A DNA stretch of 64,000 nt from Anaerovoracaceae bacterium (GTDB taxonomy: Bacteria; Bacillota; Clostridia; Peptostreptococcales; Anaerovoracaceae): assembly GCA_040308005.1 (NCBI GenBank), contig JAWRIG010000024.1, positions 1,429-65,428 on the forward strand. The letters run 5' to 3'. The notes beneath the pieces are model-generated. The model was not told the DNA's origin. It worked only from the letters and a program-made list of their open reading frames with translations, and did no database searches. The position numbers were made by a program, and so were the translations under genes. This document shows positions 58,736 to 64,000 of the stretch, one piece after another; position 1 is the stretch's first letter; the number at the start of each line of letters is the position of its first letter.

Positions 58736-59731
58736 ATGAAGAAAAGATATTTCACGCTGACGATCCTTCTCTCGATGCTTCTGGTGCTCGCAAGTGTAAG
58801 CAGCGCTTTCGCAACAGTGGATCCTTCAAAGACATACGGATATACCGTAAAGGTATACGCAGGTGAGCATGGCGAGTTCGCAGATGGATCGAAGAAGATA
58901 ACAGTATCCGTCAAAGCAGGCGACAAGGTGAATATAGCTGAGATCGCAAGCGAAGCAGGATTCAAGGTAACAGATACCGAGTATTACTGCAGGGGATACA
59001 GAGAGACCGGACACGATAATGACGAGAGCCCTTCACTGGTCGCATTTGATGCAGATGAGGATGTTTCATACGAAGCAGCCTACGGCATCAAGGGAGGCAT
59101 GGTCAAGTATACTGTCATGTACCTCGATGATGACGGAGATCCTGTAAGGGACGCTGACGAATTCTACGGCATGGCAGGGGACAAGCCTGTCGTATCATAC
59201 AAGTATGTCGACGGCTACCAGCCGAACGTTTACAACCTGACCAAGACACTGTCATCTGACGAATCGCAGAACGTATTCGCTTTCTCATATATTAAGAATC
59301 GTGCTGCAGCAGATGACGATGATGATCAGGCAGGCGCAGCCAATGCGGCCAACGGAAATAATGCCAACGCCAATGCTCAGGGCAATGCTGCAAACGGAAA
59401 CAACGCGAACGCAGCAGGAAATGCAGCTGACGGCAATAATGCCAACGGTAATGCTGCCGGAGCAGCGAACGGCAATGGCAATGCACCGGCAGAGATCGTA
59501 GACCTCGATGACAACGCAACACCTCAGGCTGAGAATGCTGGCGATGAAGAAGACGGAATTTCAGTAACAGAAGTAGATGAGTCCGAAACACCTAAGGCAG
59601 GCATCAGCCCTGCAGCCATAGGCGGCGTTGCAGTACTCATCGCAGCAATTGCAGCTGTAGCAGCAGCCCTCGCAAAACGCCGCAAAGATGGCGAAGAAGA
59701 CGAGGATGAGAGCACGGAAAAGAGCGAATAG
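58736..59731 (+). CDS. Type I membrane protein with a MucBP-like ectodomain, an Asn/Ala-rich linker and an acidic tail (331 aa); paralogue of 30686-31708
   Basis: YTVKVYAGEHGEFADGSKK and GIKGGMVKYTVMYLDDDGDPVRDADEFYGMAGDKPVVSYKYVDGYQPNVYNL. The linker is ANAANGNNANANAQGNAANGNNANAAGNA. VDLDDNATPQAEN, TM segment AIGGVAVLIAAIAAVAAALA, then RRKDGEEDEDE. Confidence 0.65.
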   Translation: MKKRYFTLTILLSMLLVLASVSSAFATVDPSKTYGYTVKVYAGEHGEFADGSKKITVSVKAGDKVNIAEIASEAGFKVTDTEYYCRGYRETGHDNDESPSLVAFDADEDVSYEAAYGIKGGMVKYTVMYLDDDGDPVRDADEFYGMAGDKPVVSYKYVDGYQPNVYNLTKTLSSDESQNVFAFSYIKNRAAADDDDDQAGAANAANGNNANANAQGNAANGNNANAAGNAADGNNANGNAAGAANGNGNAPAEIVDLDDNATPQAENAGDEEDGISVTEVDESETPKAGISPAAIGGVAVLIAAIAAVAAALAKRRKDGEEDEDESTEKSE

Positions 59732-60113
59732 TAGCTCCCAGACGGAAATAAGCACAGACGAGCAAAATAAGGCCGGCCATAGGTCTGCCTGACGCAAGCC
59801 CGCAACACAAATGACGCCCCACATGACGCTTTGAAAGCTATCATTTAGACATAAGAAACACACAGTCTCTAGACGATGAATAGCATTATAAAGCGGAATG
59901 TGGGGTGATTTTTGTGCGATAAATATAAGAGATATGTTAAGTTAAACAAAATGCAACAAATTAATGTTTTTTTGCGAATATTTGCGTTGTAGTATTTTCG
60001 AAAATAGTATAAAATCTTTTCGATATAATGCGCGATAACGTTTTCGTATATCATATCGTGCAATTGCTAACTTTAGCTAACGCAAATCATTCATTTAGAG
60101 TGGGGAAAGAATT

Positions 60114-63100
60114 ATGGAAAAGAACAGATTTATCAAAACTGCTCTGAGCCTTGTTCTGGCTTTTGTCATGACGTTCGCGCCGATCTTCAGCAGCTACGCT
60201 ATGATCGCGTCGGCGTTTACCGGCGAAGGACAGGCAACCGAGGAACAGGAGCAGGCTGTCACTGAGGAGGCAGCAACTGCAGAAGCACCAGTGCCCGCTG
60301 AGGCAGCTCCTACAGAGGAGACTGTGCCGGCAGAAGGCACAGCTGAACAGACACAACCGGCAGAGAACGCAGCACCTGCAGAGACTTCCGAAGAGGCAGC
60401 AGCAACTGAAGCACCAGCACAGGCTGAGCCTGAGGCAGTGACCCAAACACCTGCCGAAGAAGCAGCCCCAGCTGAGGAAGAAGCTACCCCTGAGGAAGAG
60501 GCAGCGGAAGAAGAGTCCACCAAGGACGTCTACACCTGGAAAGATGGCAAAGTCAAAGTGACAGCTAAGCTGTCCGATCCGTCGATCATTCCGGATGACG
60601 CCGAGCTCGTAGTAAAAGCCATCAGCAAGGATACTGATGACTACAATTACGATGCTTACATGGACGCCCTGAACAAGGACTCCGAATCCAAGTATGACGA
60701 AAACAACACGCTCCTCTACGATGTCGCATTCATCAAAGACGGAGTAGAACTGCAGCCGGAATCCGGCAAGGTTGCGGTCACTTTTGAGTTCCTCGATAAG
60801 CAGCTCGCTGATTCAATCGGAGCTAAGAAAGCCGCAGACGTAAATGTCATCCACCTCCCACTCACGGATGAAATCAAGGATAAATATGACACCACTGCCG
60901 ATGCCACCGACATCAAAGCGGACGATGTTAAAGTAGAAGCAGTAACAGCAGAAGACAACGACCTGAGAGTCAGCGTCAAGAACGAGAAGGTAATATTCGA
61001 GACAGAGAACTTCTCAGTCTTCGCATACACAGTCGACTTCGAGTACAACGGATACAAGTTCAGCATGCCTGGAGAAGGCGAAATCGAGCTGAGCAAAGTA
61101 TTTAAGCAGCTCAATATAGACAAGAAGGTCGCTGATGTAAAGGATGTAGAGTTTTCAAATCCTAAGCTTGTTGAAGTAACGAAGAACCTGATCGGAAGCG
61201 ACTGGACACTGAAGAGTAAGAAAGCATTCAGTACAGAAGAGACACTTACTGTCAAGATGACTTCCGGTGAGACGATAGTCATTAGTGTAAAAGATGCTCA
61301 GACTTATACAGTTGATTTGGCTTTCAAGTCTGAAGATGGCGCACCTAAATCATTTAAAACATCTAAGAAAGTTTTAGTGCTTGCTTCATTTCAACATGAA
61401 GGCAATATTTACTATGCTTACAATGAAAACGATTATGATTTGAATGACAAGAGTGCAAAATCATTTACTTTTACAACCTTTAAAAATACCAAGGCTAATC
61501 CTAACAGCGTAGAGTATGCTGGTCAGCCAGTTACAGTTAAACTGTATTATGCTGATGATCAAAACGATTTATTTGATCCAAATAACGTAGTTGTAAAGCC
61601 TAAAGCAAAGGAAATAGCCGATGGTGATACTTTTGAAGGTTTCACATTTGCATTTGATAGTTCCGTATCTAATAAAACTACAATTACAGGTACTAGTCCT
61701 GAGTATACTGTTAAGTTTGAGTTTAAAGATGTCAATGGTAATCCTGAGAATCCGTCAGGCATTACCGGCAACTATAAGCTTTACACATCAATTACTGGGC
61801 CTAACGATAAAGGCAAGACGATAACCTGGTATACATTTGAAGATGCTGGCTTAACGTCTGCTGAAGTAATAAAAAAGTATTCCAGTTTTCATTTTAATAA
61901 CGGCGATCCTAGTGATAAACCATACACAGCCGGCGACGAGGTTACGGTTGTTTTTGGTAAAGACCTGGAAGCAGATCAGAATACCGGATCTCTTTCCAAC
62001 AAAGGAACTGTTATAGGCGATGGCGATGTTCTTGGAGATTACGCAGTTTCTGTAAATAAAACTGAAAAAAGCACTACCTATACATTCCAGAAGGTGCCTC
62101 CTTATACGTATTCCATTACTACATCTGATAACAACGATGCTGTAATGGACAATGCTTATTCAGGTAACTGGTATCTCCTTTCCACATTGGTAAAGGGATC
62201 AAATGGTGTTCATTATTATAGTGTTTCGAAGATAGCTGACAGCAACACTATTAGTACAGCCGATAATCAGAGTATTGCTAAATTCTACACTTCCGATAAC
62301 CTTAGCAATATTTCTATCAATAACCCTTCGAGTACTTCCACAAGCGTTTATCAGTCCGGAGATAAAGTAACGAATGTCTTAGTCTATACCGGCAATACCA
62401 CTGCTAATAATTATAATGATGTTATTGAGGGCGGCAGTAACGTACATGAAGTATTTAAAAATGGCGATGTAGTTAATAAATATTCTCTGAGCTCTACAGA
62501 TAGTGAAGGAGTTGGCATAATTTCGTTTACTAAGATTCCGGATCTCAAGCTCAAGACCCAATTTGTTGATAAGGATGACAATCCTATCAATGAAAATCTT
62601 CCAGATGATTATTATCTCCTTATAAAGATGGTGAAGTCCGGAAGAACTTATTATGCTCTTGAAAAAGTAAAAGGAAATAAAACCGGCGACCCGATTAAAT
62701 TCTATGAATTTAAGAATAATACAATTGACAGTACACCACATTACTACGTAGGGGACGGAGAAACTGTTTCCACGCAGGTAGTTACTACTCCGGGAAATCT
62801 GGATGCTGATCTGATCAATCATAAGAGGGGTGTTTTCTACAATGAAAACACTATTGGAGAAAAACAGTTCAGAGATCTTACCAAAGATCTGTATTCTTCA
62901 AAGTCAGAAATATCCAAAGACGGTGATGACAATATTCTTACTACGACATTTAAGGCGCAGCCAAATAATGGAGTAGAGCACAAGATAACTGTTGACTTTT
63001 ACAGTACTGTTACCAGAGATGTAACAGATGCGAATAAACTTAATGAACTGAAGGATCCTGCACTCAGCACAAAACAAAATGCTTATTATTTGATAATTGA

Positions 63101-64000
63101 ACTTCAGAATAATGGCAAGACTGTAGGATACCTGAAAAAAGACGTTACTGCTGAAGATATTAAAAAAGCGAATTCTAACGGAAGCTTTGATGTAACTATC
63201 GGTGCGGATGAGGAATTTACTTTAGTTGATGATGATAAAGTTATCATCAAAGACGGCAAGCTGAAGTTTGACCCTACTGTATATAACAGCAAGGTAACAC
63301 TCTACCACAATCTGACTGACACATCTCCTGCTAGTCTTGTGGATGCAGAAAAGAACGGTTTACGTGATGTCACGGGATATGACTTTGGTTATAACAAAAA
63401 CTGGAACAGCGAGGGCTATTCCAACCTGGCAAAGAAAGATGAGAATGGCAACTTCACTCTGACCGAAACTAAACTTGGCCTTTTCAGTGCTTATAAGAAA
63501 ATTTATCAGATACAGGTAGAGTTTGAAGGTGAGGCACCAGCATCTATTGACGGTAACTACAAATTCCGTGTTACAGCTGACCACGCCACAAGCGGAGCTG
63601 AGAGATACACCGGAGATATTAATGATAATGCTCTTAACGGAATAGTTATCGAGAATCAGCCAGAAAACAACCGCTATTGGTCAGAATACAAGAGTGACAA
63701 TACTTCCAATTGGAGCTCTACGCCGAATACCAATCGTATTTCTGGAAGCGAGACATTCACAATTGAAGTTGGTGAAATGTCAGGATCAAATTTTGCTCCG
63801 CTTTCATCTGGATATCCGGTTGTTATAGGTGGTGAATCATATACCGTTTCCTATGATTTCCATGATATGGAGACTGTTCATAACGTAGTAGTTAGTGACA
63901 ATATTACTACTATTACTGACAAGATTATTCTTAAGAAAGCAGAGTACGATCCGGCTGTTTTGTCACAGAACAGAATTGGAGAGGCTTCTGAATTTGGTAT
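60114..64000 (+). CDS. Giant secreted adhesin-like protein, 3' end outside the window (at least 1295 aa visible)
   Basis: It is absent from the ORF track because it has no stop codon. I translated the frame from the ATG at 60114 to nt 63998 by hand and found no stop. The N-terminus MEKNRFIKTALSLVLAFVMTFAPIFSSYAMI, the acidic region and the stalk module (LLYDVAFIKDGVELQPESGKVAVTFEF...VIHLP...FETENFSVFAYTVDFEYNGYKFSM) are paralogous to the 1847-aa protein. An AT-rich array of divergent modules follows. Confidence 0.85.
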   Translation, partial: MEKNRFIKTALSLVLAFVMTFAPIFSSYAMIASAFTGEGQATEEQEQAVTEEAATAEAPVPAEAAPTEETVPAEGTAEQTQPAENAAPAETSEEAAATEAPAQAEPEAVTQTPAEEAAPAEEEATPEEEAAEEESTKDVYTWKDGKVKVTAKLSDPSIIPDDAELVVKAISKDTDDYNYDAYMDALNKDSESKYDENNTLLYDVAFIKDGVELQPESGKVAVTFEFLDKQLADSIGAKKAADVNVIHLPLTDEIKDKYDTTADATDIKADDVKVEAVTAEDNDLRVSVKNEKVIFETENFSVFAYTVDFEYNGYKFSMPGEGEIELSKVFKQLNIDKKVADVKDVEFSNPKLVEVTKNLIGSDWTLKSKKAFSTEETLTVKMTSGETIVISVKDAQTYTVDLAFKSEDGAPKSFKTSKKVLVLASFQHEGNIYYAYNENDYDLNDKSAKSFTFTTFKNTKANPNSVEYAGQPVTVKLYYADDQNDLFDPNNVVVKPKAKEIADGDTFEGFTFAFDSSVSNKTTITGTSPEYTVKFEFKDVNGNPENPSGITGNYKLYTSITGPNDKGKTITWYTFEDAGLTSAEVIKKYSSFHFNNGDPSDKPYTAGDEVTVVFGKDLEADQNTGSLSNKGTVIGDGDVLGDYAVSVNKTEKSTTYTFQKVPPYTYSITTSDNNDAVMDNAYSGNWYLLSTLVKGSNGVHYYSVSKIADSNTISTADNQSIAKFYTSDNLSNISINNPSSTSTSVYQSGDKVTNVLVYTGNTTANNYNDVIEGGSNVHEVFKNGDVVNKYSLSSTDSEGVGIISFTKIPDLKLKTQFVDKDDNPINENLPDDYYLLIKMVKSGRTYYALEKVKGNKTGDPIKFYEFKNNTIDSTPHYYVGDGETVSTQVVTTPGNLDADLINHKRGVFYNENTIGEKQFRDLTKDLYSSKSEISKDGDDNILTTTFKAQPNNGVEHKITVDFYSTVTRDVTDANKLNELKDPALSTKQNAYYLIIELQNNGKTVGYLKKDVTAEDIKKANSNGSFDVTIGADEEFTLVDDDKVIIKDGKLKFDPTVYNSKVTLYHNLTDTSPASLVDAEKNGLRDVTGYDFGYNKNWNSEGYSNLAKKDENGNFTLTETKLGLFSAYKKIYQIQVEFEGEAPASIDGNYKFRVTADHATSGAERYTGDINDNALNGIVIENQPENNRYWSEYKSDNTSNWSSTPNTNRISGSETFTIEVGEMSGSNFAPLSSGYPVVIGGESYTVSYDFHDMETVHNVVVSDNITTITDKIILKKAEYDPAVLSQNRIGEASEFG

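Overview
The window looks like chromosomal DNA from a Firmicutes/Clostridia-type bacterium: Gram-positive sorting signals, Trk and HslVU genes, and a tRNA array whose genes encode CCA. It has three parts.

(1) nt 1-16.7 kb is a housekeeping block. It holds a MurT/GatD-like pair, a Kv-like K+ channel, tandem trkH-trkH-trkA, a Cof-type HAD hydrolase, and yraN-comM-dprA-topA-hslV-hslU-yigZ.

(2) nt 17.0-22.5 kb holds a 15-gene tRNA array, then about 4.8 copies of a 76-bp hairpin-forming tandem repeat. After that come a small XRE regulator and two SH3b cell-wall proteins, one of which is a glucosaminidase.

(3) nt 22.9-64 kb is a very large cell-surface island. Locus A (22.9-45.1 kb) encodes a coiled-coil protein, a signal peptidase I, an LPATGG pilin, a class C sortase and an unanchored Cna-B protein. 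These are followed by three TasA/camelysin-like proteins (one with a VKTGD sorting-signal-like tail), a MucBP-like membrane protein and a degenerate sortase-like protein. Locus A ends with two giant LPxTG adhesins of 1560 and 2665 aa. Next is an ISL3-family element whose transposase gene is split by a complete IS21-family element with a 4-bp CTCA target duplication. A 353-aa stand-alone RelA/SpoT-domain protein follows. Locus B (51.0 to beyond 64 kb) repeats the cassette: a giant unanchored adhesin, three TasA-like genes and a MucBP membrane protein. It then starts another giant adhesin that runs off the window.

The most interesting signal is this duplicated cassette, which couples TasA-like (fibre-type) subunits to sortase-type anchoring and to giant modular adhesins. 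I do not recognise this combination as a described system. It comes with shared short operator-like motifs in its control regions and in the XRE gene promoter. It also has a structured leader upstream of the pilin gene and strong intragenic compositional mosaicism.

All domain calls were made by eye from the translated ORFs. No database search was run.
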